64,000 nucleotides of DNA, from NCBI GenBank assembly GCA_963820525.1, contig CAWGAA010000002.1, positions 224,001-288,000 on the forward strand, in the 5' to 3' direction. This document shows positions 9,701-20,053 of the stretch, in pieces. The notes below the pieces were generated by a model. That model saw only the letters and a list, made by a program, of their open reading frames with translations, was not told the DNA's origin and did no database searches. The number at the start of each line of letters is the position of its first letter. Positions within the stretch are counted from its first letter, which is position 1. The stretch is from an uncultured Spirochaetota bacterium (GTDB taxonomy: Bacteria > Spirochaetota > Spirochaetia > SZUA-6 > Fen-1364). The position numbers and the translations under genes are program-made.

Positions 9701-11281
9701 ATGAAACGACTCGCGCTCCCGCTGTTTCTGCTTTTCGCCGCCTCGTCCCTTTTCTGTCAGGAGAAGCCGCTCGCACTGAGGGACCTCCCGTCCCTGGTGC
9801 TCGCCAAGGACCCGGTGGTGAGCTCCGCCGAGCAGTCGGCCCTCCTGGCCTACCACACCTACCAGGGCACCCTGTCGCAGGCCCTGCCCCAGCTGGATCT
9901 CTCCACGTCGTACTCGCTTGACTACCTGCCGTCCCAGGTCTCGCAGAGCTTCATATCGCTTCCCATTGCCCCTTATTACGCGATCCAGAGCGTGACCACA
10001 AACGACCAGGGGACCCACAACCTGGGCGCCAAGGTATCGCTCTCCCAGCTCCTTCCCACCGCGGGCACCGCCTCGCTGTCGCTTTCCAACCAGACCAGCA
10101 TCGACAGCTTCGGTTCTCAAGCGACGACCATTGGGACAACGACGACGGGCGCCGGGGGAGGAGCACAGTACTCCCAGAAGCCGGCCGTGACGCTCGGCAT
10201 TACGCAGCCCCTTTTCATGAACGGCAAGTTCCTGGACCTTGACCTCTTCCCCGCCACCTTCAGGAAGGTGCGGCTGGGGTATCTCAAGGCGGATCTTGCC
10301 AAACAGACGCAGTCCAACCAGTCGGTCTCCCAGGCAACCCAGCTCTTTCTCTCCGTCGTGCAGCTTCGAAAGAACATCGATCAATCTCGGAAAGCAATCG
10401 CCGTGAGCCAGGGCAACCTGGACAACCTCCAGAAGAACTTCTCCCTCGGGCTTGTCTCCGAGGCGGACCTGCTGGACCAAAAGATTTCGGTGGCCACCCA
10501 GAAACAGGCGCTCCTACAGCTTCAATCCAGCCTGACGAAGGCTGAGAGATCCCTTGCCCATTCGCTGGGCCGCGAGAGCCTCGACGGCGCGGCCCTGGAT
10601 GACGGCATCCCCGCATTGCAGGTCCCGCTGGGCAGCGACGATCTTCTGGCCAAGGCGATGGAGAACTATCCCGCCATACGTCAGCAGGGCCTTGCCCTGG
10701 AGGAGAAGAAGGTGGACGACATCCTTTCCGGCCAGAAGTACGCATCCACCCTGAGCCTCTCGCTTTCCTACTCCCCCCGCTATCCAGCCGCGGCGCTCTT
10801 GAGCCAGTACACCACCACGGATTTCGCGAGGTCGTTCTCGGACCTGTACGGCAGCGGCTCCACTTCGGACATCACGCTCAGCGCCAGCCTCACCATACAC
10901 CTGTTCGACGGCGGGCAGCAGAGCGAGGCACACGCGGGAAACATGGCAGTGACGCGCATGGCGGAAGACAGCCTCGAGACCCAGAAACAATCGGTGCAGG
11001 ACCAGGTGGCACTGGACCTTGCCTCCCGGGACAACCTCCAGGACAAGGTCTCGCTCCTCTCCGACGCGACGGACCTCGCTTCGCGGAGGCTTGAGACCGA
11101 AGCGGACCTCCTCGCCTTAGGCAAATCCACCCAGCTCAATGTCGATTCCCGGCGCGCCGACTACGAGGCCAAGCAGAACGACCTGTGGCGCGCCAAGGCC
11201 GACCTCTTCCTCACAGTGCTGGATCTCGCCTCCCTCGCGGGGGAGGACATCGCGAGGCTCATCGAAGGGAAATCTCCATGA
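9701..11281 (+). CDS. TolC-family outer membrane efflux protein
   Basis: Signal peptide, 'LPQLDLS', 'IHLFDGG', GLVSEADLL/GKSTQLNV repeats; operon context. Confidence 0.8.
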   Translation: MKRLALPLFLLFAASSLFCQEKPLALRDLPSLVLAKDPVVSSAEQSALLAYHTYQGTLSQALPQLDLSTSYSLDYLPSQVSQSFISLPIAPYYAIQSVTTNDQGTHNLGAKVSLSQLLPTAGTASLSLSNQTSIDSFGSQATTIGTTTTGAGGGAQYSQKPAVTLGITQPLFMNGKFLDLDLFPATFRKVRLGYLKADLAKQTQSNQSVSQATQLFLSVVQLRKNIDQSRKAIAVSQGNLDNLQKNFSLGLVSEADLLDQKISVATQKQALLQLQSSLTKAERSLAHSLGRESLDGAALDDGIPALQVPLGSDDLLAKAMENYPAIRQQGLALEEKKVDDILSGQKYASTLSLSLSYSPRYPAAALLSQYTTTDFARSFSDLYGSGSTSDITLSASLTIHLFDGGQQSEAHAGNMAVTRMAEDSLETQKQSVQDQVALDLASRDNLQDKVSLLSDATDLASRRLETEADLLALGKSTQLNVDSRRADYEAKQNDLWRAKADLFLTVLDLASLAGEDIARLIEGKSP

Positions 11282-12576
11282 AGCGACGAATCGGTCTTTA
11301 TGTTTTCGGCGGCATCCTCCTCTTGATCGTGGCCATCGTTGTGCTCAATTTTACCCTGCGGGGAAATCGCTATGACACGGCCATACCGGTGCGGGTCTAC
11401 ACGGTGGCCACGGGGACCCTCCAGGACAGGGTGAGCGGCAATGGCACGTTCAAGCCGGACACCGCGGTCAACGTCACCGCGCAGGTGTCGGGGGAGGTGC
11501 AGTCCATCCGAGTTTCAGAGAACTCCGTGGTGACGAAGGGAGCCCTGCTGCTCACGCTGCGCGACGACGACTACCGGCTGACGGCCCAGAAGGCGAGAGC
11601 CGCCCTCGATTCCACCCGCAACTCCATCCGCCAGTCCCTGGTGACCCTGCGCGCCCAGTACAGGAGCGCCGCTTCCGCCCTGGCGGATGCCCAGAGGACC
11701 TTCAACAACAACAAGGACCTCTACGCCTCCAAGTCGATCTCCCAGGAAGCCTACCAGAAGTCCTCCGATGCCCAGGAGAACGCCACGGTGAGCTTCCAGT
11801 CCGTCAAGGAGCAGCTCGACCTCCGCTGCGGGCTGCCCCTCACCTCGGATCCTCCCCTCACCCCTGACACGGACGACCAGATCGTCGAGAGATCCCCCGA
11901 GGTGGAACAGGCGCTGGTATCCCTGCGGTCGGCCCAGGACAGCGTGGACAAATGCCGGATAACGGCCCCCATCGCCGGCACCGTCACCGACGTCACTCCC
12001 ACCGTGGGAGACATGGTGGCCCCATCCACGCCCCTGGTGCGCATCGAGACGCTCTCCGCGATGCTGGCGGAGATCCAGATCGACGAGGTCGATATCGGAA
12101 AGATCAGGATGGGTCAGGACGCGGAGCTCACCAGTGATTCCCTAATCGGCCAGACGATCAAGGGAACCGTGGTCACCATCGCCCCGACGGTGACCAGCCT
12201 CGGATCCACCCGTGCAAGCCTCGTGGACCTCACCATCGACAAAAAAAGCCTGCCGCCGGGCGGCGCCATCATCCGCTCGGGGGCTTCCTGCACGGCCCGG
12301 ATAGCCACCAATGTCAAGCAGGGAGTGCTCACCATCCCGCTTGCCAGCTTCGTCACGCAGGAGAACGCCTCCTCCGTGTACCTGCTCACACCCACCGGCC
12401 GCAAGAACGCTTCCGGCTCGGAGGTCTTCCTCCTCTCGAAGAAGCAGATCGAGACAGGGTCCAGCGACGTGAACTTCGTCGAGGTCACTTCGGGGCTCTC
12501 GAACGGAGACCGGATCGCCGCGGGCAACCTCAACCTCCTGCGGGACGGGATCCTGGTGACGGCGCGAAAGGAATGA
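11278..12576 (+). CDS. Efflux periplasmic adaptor (MacA/HlyD-like)
   Basis: N-terminal TM; lipoyl half motifs VSGEV..I.V and [32 protein letters not shown]. Confidence 0.88.
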   Translation: MKRRIGLYVFGGILLLIVAIVVLNFTLRGNRYDTAIPVRVYTVATGTLQDRVSGNGTFKPDTAVNVTAQVSGEVQSIRVSENSVVTKGALLLTLRDDDYRLTAQKARAALDSTRNSIRQSLVTLRAQYRSAASALADAQRTFNNNKDLYASKSISQEAYQKSSDAQENATVSFQSVKEQLDLRCGLPLTSDPPLTPDTDDQIVERSPEVEQALVSLRSAQDSVDKCRITAPIAGTVTDVTPTVGDMVAPSTPLVRIETLSAMLAEIQIDEVDIGKIRMGQDAELTSDSLIGQTIKGTVVTIAPTVTSLGSTRASLVDLTIDKKSLPPGGAIIRSGASCTARIATNVKQGVLTIPLASFVTQENASSVYLLTPTGRKNASGSEVFLLSKKQIETGSSDVNFVEVTSGLSNGDRIAAGNLNLLRDGILVTARKE

Positions 12577-13394
12577 GCGCCGCGATGATCCAGCTGGAGA
12601 ACATCGTCAAGATCTATCGCATGGGAAAGCTCGAGGTGGAGGCCCTGCGCGGCGTGAACCTCTCCGTGGAGGCCCACGAGTTCGTGGCAATCATGGGACC
12701 ATCGGGCTCCGGCAAATCGACGCTGATGAACATCATCGGCTGCCTGGACCGGCTCACAAGAGGGCGCTACGTGCTGGATGGGATCGACGTTTCAGAGATG
12801 ACCGACAACGAGCTGGCCGATGTGCGCAACAAGAAGATCGGGTTCGTGTTCCAGACCTTCAACCTCCTTCCCCGCATGACCTCGCTTCGAAACGTGGAGC
12901 TCCCCCTCATCTATGATGGGGTGGGAATACGCGAGAGGCGGGAGCGCGCCATGGATGCCCTGAAGATGGTCGGCCTGGAAGACCGGGCCCATCACAAGCC
13001 CAACGAGCTCTCCGGCGGCCAGAAGCAGAGGGTGGCCATTGCGCGCGCTCTGATCAATAAGCCCGCTATCATCCTGGCGGATGAGCCCACGGGCAACCTC
13101 GACTCCCGCACGGGCGAGGAGATCATGGCGACCTTCGAGGAGCTCAACGACCGCGGCGTGACCATCATCCTCGTTACACACGAGCCCGACATCGCCTTCT
13201 GCGCGAAGCGGATCGTCGCCATCCGAGACGGCCTGGCCACGCGGGACGAGCCGGTAGTCCGCCGCAAGGTGGCCGCCCACGGAGGAGGCTCCCCGGCTGA
13301 CAACGGGCTTCCCCCCTCGATGGAGCAGCCTTCGCCGAGGAAACGCCCGCGCAAGCGCTCCCCTGCAGGGCCATCGGGGGCTTCCGAGGCATGA
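12573..13394 (+). CDS. MacB/LolD-type ABC ATP-binding protein
   Basis: [34 protein letters not shown]. Confidence 0.95.
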   Translation: MSAAMIQLENIVKIYRMGKLEVEALRGVNLSVEAHEFVAIMGPSGSGKSTLMNIIGCLDRLTRGRYVLDGIDVSEMTDNELADVRNKKIGFVFQTFNLLPRMTSLRNVELPLIYDGVGIRERRERAMDALKMVGLEDRAHHKPNELSGGQKQRVAIARALINKPAIILADEPTGNLDSRTGEEIMATFEELNDRGVTIILVTHEPDIAFCAKRIVAIRDGLATRDEPVVRRKVAAHGGGSPADNGLPPSMEQPSPRKRPRKRSPAGPSGASEA

Positions 13395-14608
13395 ACTTCA
13401 CGGAGGGCTTCACCCAATCCTTCGAGACCATCAGCCACAACAAGCTCCGCACCTTCCTCACCATGCTCGGGATGAACATCGGAGTCGCCTCCGTGATCGC
13501 CGTCATGGCGATCGGCCTCATGGGCCGGGGCGCCATCATGAAGGGGATCGAGAACATCGGCTCCTCCCTCATCTGGGTGCAGCCCAACGCCAAGGCCTAC
13601 CCATCGGATACGACGCCCCAATACATGAAGGCCGAGGACCTGGATGTGCTTTCAGGCCTCGTGCAGGACGCGTGGATGTCCCCCATCCTTCGGGGGAACT
13701 ACTCCATCGGCTACCGCGGCGAGCAGAGCGCTTCCGCGGTGTATGGAGTGTGGCAGCCGTATGAGCGGATCTGGGCCCGGGGGGCCGCTATCGGGCGATT
13801 CATAACGAACGAGGACAGCGACCTGCACCGCCGGGTGATCGTGCTTGGCTCCAACACAGCGAAGGCCTTCTTTCTGTCGGACGAGGAGGCGCTGGGGCAG
13901 AGCGTCACCTTCGCGGGCAAGGATTTCACCGTTGTGGGGGTGATGCCGAAGAAGGACAGGTCTCCCGTCGACGACGGCTCGGACGACGACACCTGTTTCG
14001 TGCCCTACGAGGTCCTGGATTCGGTCACGGACTGGAGCGCATTCGGAGGCCCCCGGGTGATGCGGATCTACTTCAAGGTCCATTCGCTTTCCGACCTGGA
14101 CTTCGTATCTTCCCAGATCGACCAGTACCTGACCAAGAAGTACGGGGACATCGACGGCTCGCCGCGCTTTTTGGTTCGAAAGGCCGAGTCGAACATCCAG
14201 ACCACCAACAAGGTCTTCGACGTCATCACCACGGTCATCACGCTGATAGCCGGCATCGCCCTTGTGGTTGGCGGCATCGGGATCATGAACATCATGCTCG
14301 TCACGGTGACCGAGCGCACCAGGGAGATCGGGATCCGGAAGGCTGTCGGCGCCAAGCGGCGCGACATCCTGGCCCAGTTCCTCATCGAGAGCATCATTAT
14401 CTGCCTGATCGGCGGCGGGATTGGGATCGTCTTCGGAATGGTCATTACAACCATTGTCGCCGTGGCGCAGCACTGGGAGTACCTCCTGCCCTGGTTCGCC
14501 ATCGTCATCGGGCTTGCCGTCTCCATCGGGATAGGGCTTTTCTTCGGCATCTATCCCGCGCTGAAGGCCGCGCGGCTGGATCCCGTCGTGGCCCTCACCA
14601 AGGAGTAG
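13391..14608 (+). CDS. MacB/FtsX-type ABC permease
   Basis: [38 protein letters not shown]. Confidence 0.93.
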   Translation: MNFTEGFTQSFETISHNKLRTFLTMLGMNIGVASVIAVMAIGLMGRGAIMKGIENIGSSLIWVQPNAKAYPSDTTPQYMKAEDLDVLSGLVQDAWMSPILRGNYSIGYRGEQSASAVYGVWQPYERIWARGAAIGRFITNEDSDLHRRVIVLGSNTAKAFFLSDEEALGQSVTFAGKDFTVVGVMPKKDRSPVDDGSDDDTCFVPYEVLDSVTDWSAFGGPRVMRIYFKVHSLSDLDFVSSQIDQYLTKKYGDIDGSPRFLVRKAESNIQTTNKVFDVITTVITLIAGIALVVGGIGIMNIMLVTVTERTREIGIRKAVGAKRRDILAQFLIESIIICLIGGGIGIVFGMVITTIVAVAQHWEYLLPWFAIVIGLAVSIGIGLFFGIYPALKAARLDPVVALTKE

Positions 14609-14612
14609 ACGC

Positions 14613-15917
14613 GTGCGTTTTCCCTCTCTCCTGGAAGAAGCGTGGCTCGCGGTCAGGACCAACCGGTCTCGAACCGTCCTCACCATCCTGGGCATCGTGA
14701 TCGGCGTGGGCTCGGTGATCGCCGTGGTGGGCATCGGGGATGGGGCAAAGCAGGTTGTTGGAGACCTCCTGGGCCAGTACGGCTCTACATCTCTTGTCGT
14801 GTTTCCCAACTTCTCCGCCATCAGGGAGAGCAAGGGCAGGTATCATTTCGAGGAGATGAGCCGGGAGGACATCGATACCATAAACTCCAGCGCTCACGCC
14901 GTGAGCGCCGTGACCCCCCAGATCACCATGGAAGTGAAGGTGAAATACGGAAGCGGCGAGGAGAAGGCGACGATGCTGGGCACGATGCACCAGTACCTGA
15001 GCGCGAGCAAGCTTCGTGTTGCCAACGGCCGGTTCCTGAGCGATGAGGACGATACCTTCATGCGCAAGGTGGGAGTCCTGGGCTCGGACCTCGCCGGCAA
15101 GCTCTTCGGCGGAGAGGACCCCATCGGGCAGTTCGTCCGGGTATCCACGGTCACGAGCAACTCGGCCAGGACCTCCGCGCAGTCGAGCGACCCCTTTGGG
15201 CGTTCTTCCGGGATCAACTACTTCATCGACATCCAGATCATCGGGGTGCTGGAGCACGAGGAGAAATCCTTCATTTCCACGGTTTCAGACTTCGACACAT
15301 CGGACAACAATCGCCTGTTCGTCCCCTCCTCGGCAATCGAGCGCATGGGAGGCTCGTCCCATATCTACTTCTTGAACGGGGAGGCGGTTTCCAAGGACAA
15401 GATCGAGGACGCCAAGCGGGAGATCCTGGTCATCCTGGACAAGAGCCACGGCAAGTGGGACGGCAAGGTTGAGAAATACCAGGTGCAGGAGATGGGCCAG
15501 ATCCTGAGCATGATCGACACGGCAACCGGGACCCTTACGGCGGCCATCTCCCTCATTGCAGGGATCGCACTTTTTGTGGCGGGGATCGGGATCATGAACA
15601 TCATGCTCGTTTCGGTAAAGGAGCGGACGAGAGAGATCGGCGTGCGAAAGGCCCTCGGGGCCAAGCAGTCATCGATTTTGAACCAGTTCCTGTTGGAGAC
15701 TCTCATCCTCTGCGGGGGCGGGGGATTGTTCGGCGTGGGCTTTGCCACGGCTGCAATTCAGACCGTTGCGGCCCTCACCAAGTGGCCGGCCCTCATTTCA
15801 TGGAGCGTGATCCAGCTCGCCGTGATCCTCTCGCTTGCAACGGGCCTCATCTTCGGCCTGTACCCGGCGAGCAAAGCGGCGAAGATGGATCCCGTTGAAG
15901 CTTTGCGCTACGAGTAG
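14613..15917 (+). CDS. MacB/FtsX-type ABC permease (second paralogue)
   Basis: [28 protein letters not shown]-terminal DPVEALRYE. Confidence 0.93.
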   Translation: MRFPSLLEEAWLAVRTNRSRTVLTILGIVIGVGSVIAVVGIGDGAKQVVGDLLGQYGSTSLVVFPNFSAIRESKGRYHFEEMSREDIDTINSSAHAVSAVTPQITMEVKVKYGSGEEKATMLGTMHQYLSASKLRVANGRFLSDEDDTFMRKVGVLGSDLAGKLFGGEDPIGQFVRVSTVTSNSARTSAQSSDPFGRSSGINYFIDIQIIGVLEHEEKSFISTVSDFDTSDNNRLFVPSSAIERMGGSSHIYFLNGEAVSKDKIEDAKREILVILDKSHGKWDGKVEKYQVQEMGQILSMIDTATGTLTAAISLIAGIALFVAGIGIMNIMLVSVKERTREIGVRKALGAKQSSILNQFLLETLILCGGGGLFGVGFATAAIQTVAALTKWPALISWSVIQLAVILSLATGLIFGLYPASKAAKMDPVEALRYE

Positions 15918-15933
15918 CGCAAAGCTTCAACGG
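15892..15933. repeat. Perfect 19-bp inverted repeat spanning the permease stop codon
   Basis: CCGTTGAAGCTTTGCGCTA-cgag-TAGCGCAAAGCTTCAACGG. Confidence 0.9.
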
Positions 15934-16226
15934 CCCGGCAGCCGCGCTACTGCGCGGCGGGAGGGCGCCAAGAAGCTCCCGGGGCTGCGAGTAGCGCAAA
16001 GCTTCTACGGCCCGGCAGCCGCGCTGCTGCGCGGCGGGAGGGCGCCAAGAAGCTCCCGGGGCTGCGAGTAGCGCAAAGCTTCTACGGCCCGGCAGCCGCG
16101 CTGCTGCGCGGCGGGAGGGCGCCAAGAAGCTCCCGGGGCTGCGAGTAGCGCAAAGCTTCTACGGCCCGGCAGCCGCGCTGCTGCGCGGCGGGAGGGCGCC
16201 AAGAAGCTCCCGGGGCTGCGAGTAGC
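15910..16226. repeat. Tandem repeat, 77-bp unit x4 plus partial copy
   Basis: Units start at 15910, 15987, 16064, 16141 and 16218 (partial); units 2-4 identical, unit 1 differs at 3 positions; internal hairpin GCCGCGC-tgct-GCGCGGC. Confidence 0.95.
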
Positions 16227-16230
16227 CTGC

Positions 16231-16569
16231 TCACCCCTTGATCCAGACAGCCCAGCTTGCCGGCTCGTATCCAACGGTTGCGCGCTTTCCATCCCGGACA
16301 ATCGGCGTCTTTAATATCAGCGGATCAGATAGTATTTCTGATTCTGCATCGAATTCCTGGTATGCAAGCCCGCGATCCTTGAAGCGCCTGCTTTCCGTAT
16401 CAACTAAAGCGGTCATCCCCGCAGCAGCGGCAACCGCGCGAAGCTCCCCGACGCTGATGCCTTTCTCGGCAAGGTCGATGAGCTGGAAGGGGATTCCCCG
16501 CTCCCTGAAAAACCGCTCGGCCTTCTTCGTGTCTTGGCATTTCCTGGTGCCGAAAATCTGCAGGTTCAT
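16231..16569 (-). CDS. ArsC/Spx/YffB-family protein
   Basis: QIFGTRKCQDTKKAERFF, DPLILKTPIVR. Confidence 0.85.
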   Translation of the reverse strand: MNLQIFGTRKCQDTKKAERFFRERGIPFQLIDLAEKGISVGELRAVAAAAGMTALVDTESRRFKDRGLAYQEFDAESEILSDPLILKTPIVRDGKRATVGYEPASWAVWIKG

Positions 16570-16595
16570 TAGACGTCTTGGCTGGTGCTGCAAAG

Positions 16596-18113
16596 CTACT
16601 GGAAGCGCCGGCGGATCTCGGCGCTCACGTAGTCGAGCACGGCCACCGTCACGGCGATGAACCAGACCGCGATGCCCGCGGCCCGGTAGTCGAGGAGCCG
16701 GATGTACTGCACGAGGATGAAGCCGACCCCGCCGCCGCCCACAAGCCCGATGACCGTGGACATGCGCACATTGACGTCCCAGCGGTAGATCGAGAAGGAC
16801 ACGAACGGGGAGATCATCTGCGGTACCACCGCGTACATGATGTTCTGAAGGCGCGTGGCGCCCGTGGCGTCGATGGCCTCGATGGGTCCCGGGTCGATCC
16901 CTTCGATGGCCTCGGAATACAGCTTTCCCAGGGCGGCCACCGAATGCACGGTGAGCGCCACGATCCCGGCAAAAGGCCCGAGTCCCACCCAGACCACTGC
17001 GATGAGGGCCCAGATCAAGGGCTCGATGGCCCTTACCACGTTCATGACGGTGCGGGTGAAGAAGTAGATTGCCAGGGTGATGGGCGAGCCGGACATGATG
17101 TTGCGTGCCGCCAGGAAGCTTACAGGAATGGAGAGGATGATCCCGAACAGCGTGGCCATCATGCCCATGAAGATCGTCTCAACCATGCGCTGCACTACCA
17201 ACTGCAGCGGCTCGCTCACGCGAAGCGGCGCAAAACCGATGGGCTGCCGCGCCTCCACCCTGTGCGGCTGTTCCCTGCCCTTCACCGAAGGCCCGATGGA
17301 GTAGGGCATGACGACATCCACGGTGAAGCTGCCCTGCGCGTCGGTCTGAATAGAGAGGTAGTTTCCGCCCTTTCGAAGCTGAAAGGCGTTTCCCAGGGGA
17401 TCGATCCACCACAGATCCACCGGAAGCCCCGGCTTGAAGCCGGTGCCGGAGAGCGTGATGGTAGTGCCGGGAATGAGCTGGTTGTTCTCGTCGAGAAAGG
17501 AGAGGTCTCCCGTGCTCGGGTTGGCCACCATGTGCGGCTTGCCGGGCACGATGGGATCCGGCGCCGGCCCCGGCCCGGCGGACTTCGGCACCATGATGGA
17601 AGCGCCGGCAACCGAAAGGAGCGGCTCCCTGACAACCGCAGCCTGCCACGGCCAGATCACCCTGCCAAGCGGCTGCATGGCCTGGGGGAAGTCGGTCACC
17701 AGCCGGGCGGGGGAGATCTCGCTGATCTGCCACCCCAGGGCAAAGAAAGCGAATAGGATGAGCACGAATAAAAGCGGGCTTCCGCGGTGCTCCCGTGCCC
17801 GAAGGAAGGCGTCCCACCCGTTCCAGAGCCAGATTGCGGCGGCGCAGAGGATCACCAGCACCACGAACAGGGGCTGAAGCTCGAAGGCCTTTCGGAGCAT
17901 CGCGCCGCGAGTCTGCTGCAAGCGGCCGAGGAGCGCGAACCTCCACGCCATCATTCCCACGATGGACAGGACCGAGCAGAGGATGAGAACACCGCGCCAA
18001 ATAGCGCGAGAAAGGGCCTGGCCGAGTCCCGGCACGATGAGGGAGAGGATTCCAGCGGCCCAGGGGCGTACGAGAGCGGGACGCTCTTCCTGGGGGGCGA
18101 GTGCCTGTTTCAT
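16596..18113 (-). CDS. phnE: Phosphonate/phosphite ABC permease, extended form
   Basis: LGKLYSEAIEGIDPGPIEAIDATGA, YRWDVNVRMSTVIGLVGGGGVG. Confidence 0.88.
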   Translation of the reverse strand: MKQALAPQEERPALVRPWAAGILSLIVPGLGQALSRAIWRGVLILCSVLSIVGMMAWRFALLGRLQQTRGAMLRKAFELQPLFVVLVILCAAAIWLWNGWDAFLRAREHRGSPLLFVLILFAFFALGWQISEISPARLVTDFPQAMQPLGRVIWPWQAAVVREPLLSVAGASIMVPKSAGPGPAPDPIVPGKPHMVANPSTGDLSFLDENNQLIPGTTITLSGTGFKPGLPVDLWWIDPLGNAFQLRKGGNYLSIQTDAQGSFTVDVVMPYSIGPSVKGREQPHRVEARQPIGFAPLRVSEPLQLVVQRMVETIFMGMMATLFGIILSIPVSFLAARNIMSGSPITLAIYFFTRTVMNVVRAIEPLIWALIAVVWVGLGPFAGIVALTVHSVAALGKLYSEAIEGIDPGPIEAIDATGATRLQNIMYAVVPQMISPFVSFSIYRWDVNVRMSTVIGLVGGGGVGFILVQYIRLLDYRAAGIAVWFIAVTVAVLDYVSAEIRRRFQ

Positions 18114-18901
18114 GTCGTCGGCCCCTCCTCCCGACGGCCCGCATTAGTGCGCACGGCCTCCTCGCCGTAGATCTCCTTGAACTCGGTGTCCGTCATTCGG
18201 CGGATGTCCTCTCCCGTTCCGCGCCATACGAGCCTGCCGCCGTGGAGACCGATGACCCGGCTGGCATAGCGCTGAACCAGGTCGAGGTAGTGCAGGCTGC
18301 AGAGGATCGTGATGTGGTCCTCGCGGTTGAGCTCCTCCAGGTGTCCGAGGATCGAGTGGGCGAGGACGGGATCGAGGCTGGCAACGGGCTCGTCGGCCAG
18401 GATCATGCGGGGCTGCTGCATCAGGGCCCGGGCGATTCCGACCCTCTGCTGCTGCCCGCCGGAAAGCTCGCGCGCCTGCTTTCGCGCCTTGTCGCGCATC
18501 CCGACCCGTTCCAGCGCCTTCCAGGCCAACTCGCGGTCCGCCGGGGGGAAGCGGTGGAAGAGGCTGGGCCCTGATTTCACGTAGCCGAGGCGGCCGGAAA
18601 GGACATTGGTAAGCACCGAGGATCGCTTCACCAGGTTGAACTGCTGGAACACCATCCCGATCTGGCGGCGGATGCGCCGAAGGTCCTCGCCTTGAGCGGC
18701 GGTGACGTCCACCCCGTCCCAGAGGATCCTGCCCTCGGTGGGGTCGATCAGGCGGTTGATGCAGCGAAGGAGGGTGGATTTGCCCGAGCCGCTCAGGCCA
18801 ATGATGATGAGAAACTCGCCCGGCTCGACGGTGAAGCTCACGTCGCGCAGGGCTACCGTTCCGTCCTTGTACACCTTGGTCAGGTTCTGAACCTCGAGCA
18901 T
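18110..18901 (-). CDS. phnC: Phosphonate ABC ATP-binding protein
   Basis: [37 protein letters not shown]. Confidence 0.92.
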   Translation of the reverse strand: MLEVQNLTKVYKDGTVALRDVSFTVEPGEFLIIIGLSGSGKSTLLRCINRLIDPTEGRILWDGVDVTAAQGEDLRRIRRQIGMVFQQFNLVKRSSVLTNVLSGRLGYVKSGPSLFHRFPPADRELAWKALERVGMRDKARKQARELSGGQQQRVGIARALMQQPRMILADEPVASLDPVLAHSILGHLEELNREDHITILCSLHYLDLVQRYASRVIGLHGGRLVWRGTGEDIRRMTDTEFKEIYGEEAVRTNAGRREEGPTT

Positions 18902-18924
18902 GACCGAGTGAGTCCCTTCCTGAA

Positions 18925-18948
18925 AGCGGGGGCCTCGCGGCCCCCGCT
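18925..18948 (-). terminator. Stem-loop between phnD and phnC
   Basis: AGCGGGGGCC-tcgc-GGCCCCCGCT perfect 10-bp stem. Confidence 0.55.
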
Positions 18949-18973
18949 CAATCCATTGCCAAGCGGCCGTCCG

Positions 18974-19882
18974 TCACTTCTTCGGCATCAGTACGTCCGC
19001 TGTCACGCCGGCGGCCTGGAGCACCTGGCGGAAAGAATCATAGAAGCTGTCGTCATGCTTCTCCAGGGCGGTCCACTGGTATGCCGTGTTGATCGCGGCC
19101 TTGCCCTCGGGGGTCGCAATGATGGAGAGAAGACCGTCGACGATCTTGTCTCGCAGCTCCTGCGGCACGGACGGGCTGAACTGCACGCCGTCGTTGGGGA
19201 TGTTGCCGGATTCCTGGAGCACGATCACCTTCTCCATCACGTCGGGGTGATCCTTCTGGATGTTGGCGCGCGCGTCCACGAAGCAGGCGCCTGCATCGGC
19301 CTGGCCCGTGTACACGGCGGTCACGACCGCCGGATGGCTGCCGGCATCCAGGACCTTCAGATCGGTATCCAGATTCAGCCCCGCCGCTTTGAGCATCAGG
19401 CTCGGGATGATCCAGCCGCTCGCGGAAAGCGGGTCCACCCGGGCGAAGCTGTGGCCCTTGAGATCGGCCAGCGTCTTTATGCCCGTATCCGGCCTCGTGA
19501 TGATCATGCCCTTGTAGAAGGCGCTTCCGTTTCGCACGGAGACCAGCGCGGCCTGGGCCACCTTCTGGTCCGCGGCGAGGATGTACGCTGCCGTGGCGAG
19601 CGAGCTCATCTGCGCCTTGGGCGGCTTGGCCTTCATGGCTTCAATGACGCCGACATAGTCCGTGGCCACGAAGGTCTTGAAGAACAGGCCGGTCTTGGCG
19701 TGAAGAAGGTCCGCGACGCTCTGGGCCCCCGCGGAGACTTTCCCCGTCTCGCCGGAGGGCACGTACGCCCAGATGATGGGGTTCTTCTCGGTCCCGAGCT
19801 GCTCCTGCTGCGCCGAGGCGAATCCAATGATCGCGCATGCCGTCATCAGCGCGAGCGATAGGAGAACGATTTTTCTGCCCAA
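18974..19882 (-). CDS. phnD: Phosphonate/phosphite/phosphate ABC substrate-binding protein
   Basis: TTG start after AGGAGG; signal peptide; DYVGVIEAM, DPLSASGWIIP, GSHPAVV, IPND. Confidence 0.88.
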   Translation of the reverse strand: MGRKIVLLSLALMTACAIIGFASAQQEQLGTEKNPIIWAYVPSGETGKVSAGAQSVADLLHAKTGLFFKTFVATDYVGVIEAMKAKPPKAQMSSLATAAYILAADQKVAQAALVSVRNGSAFYKGMIITRPDTGIKTLADLKGHSFARVDPLSASGWIIPSLMLKAAGLNLDTDLKVLDAGSHPAVVTAVYTGQADAGACFVDARANIQKDHPDVMEKVIVLQESGNIPNDGVQFSPSVPQELRDKIVDGLLSIIATPEGKAAINTAYQWTALEKHDDSFYDSFRQVLQAAGVTADVLMPKK

Positions 19883-20053
19883 GCGATACCTCCTTTGGTG
19901 AAAAGCTTTCCATCAGGGTACGACGCTGGAGCTAAACCGTCAAGCGAAAGGAGAGCAGTGCCTCAATGGGCCGGCAGGGCAGTCGTGCGGCCGTTAAGGC
20001 CGCGGGGCACATGCCACTTCACCAGGGGCGCCGGCCCGGATATGCTTTCCGCC

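Noticed and set aside
15910..16226. Possible CRISPR array
   Set aside because: Units are near-identical over their whole 77 bp with no variable spacers, and no cas genes are in the window.
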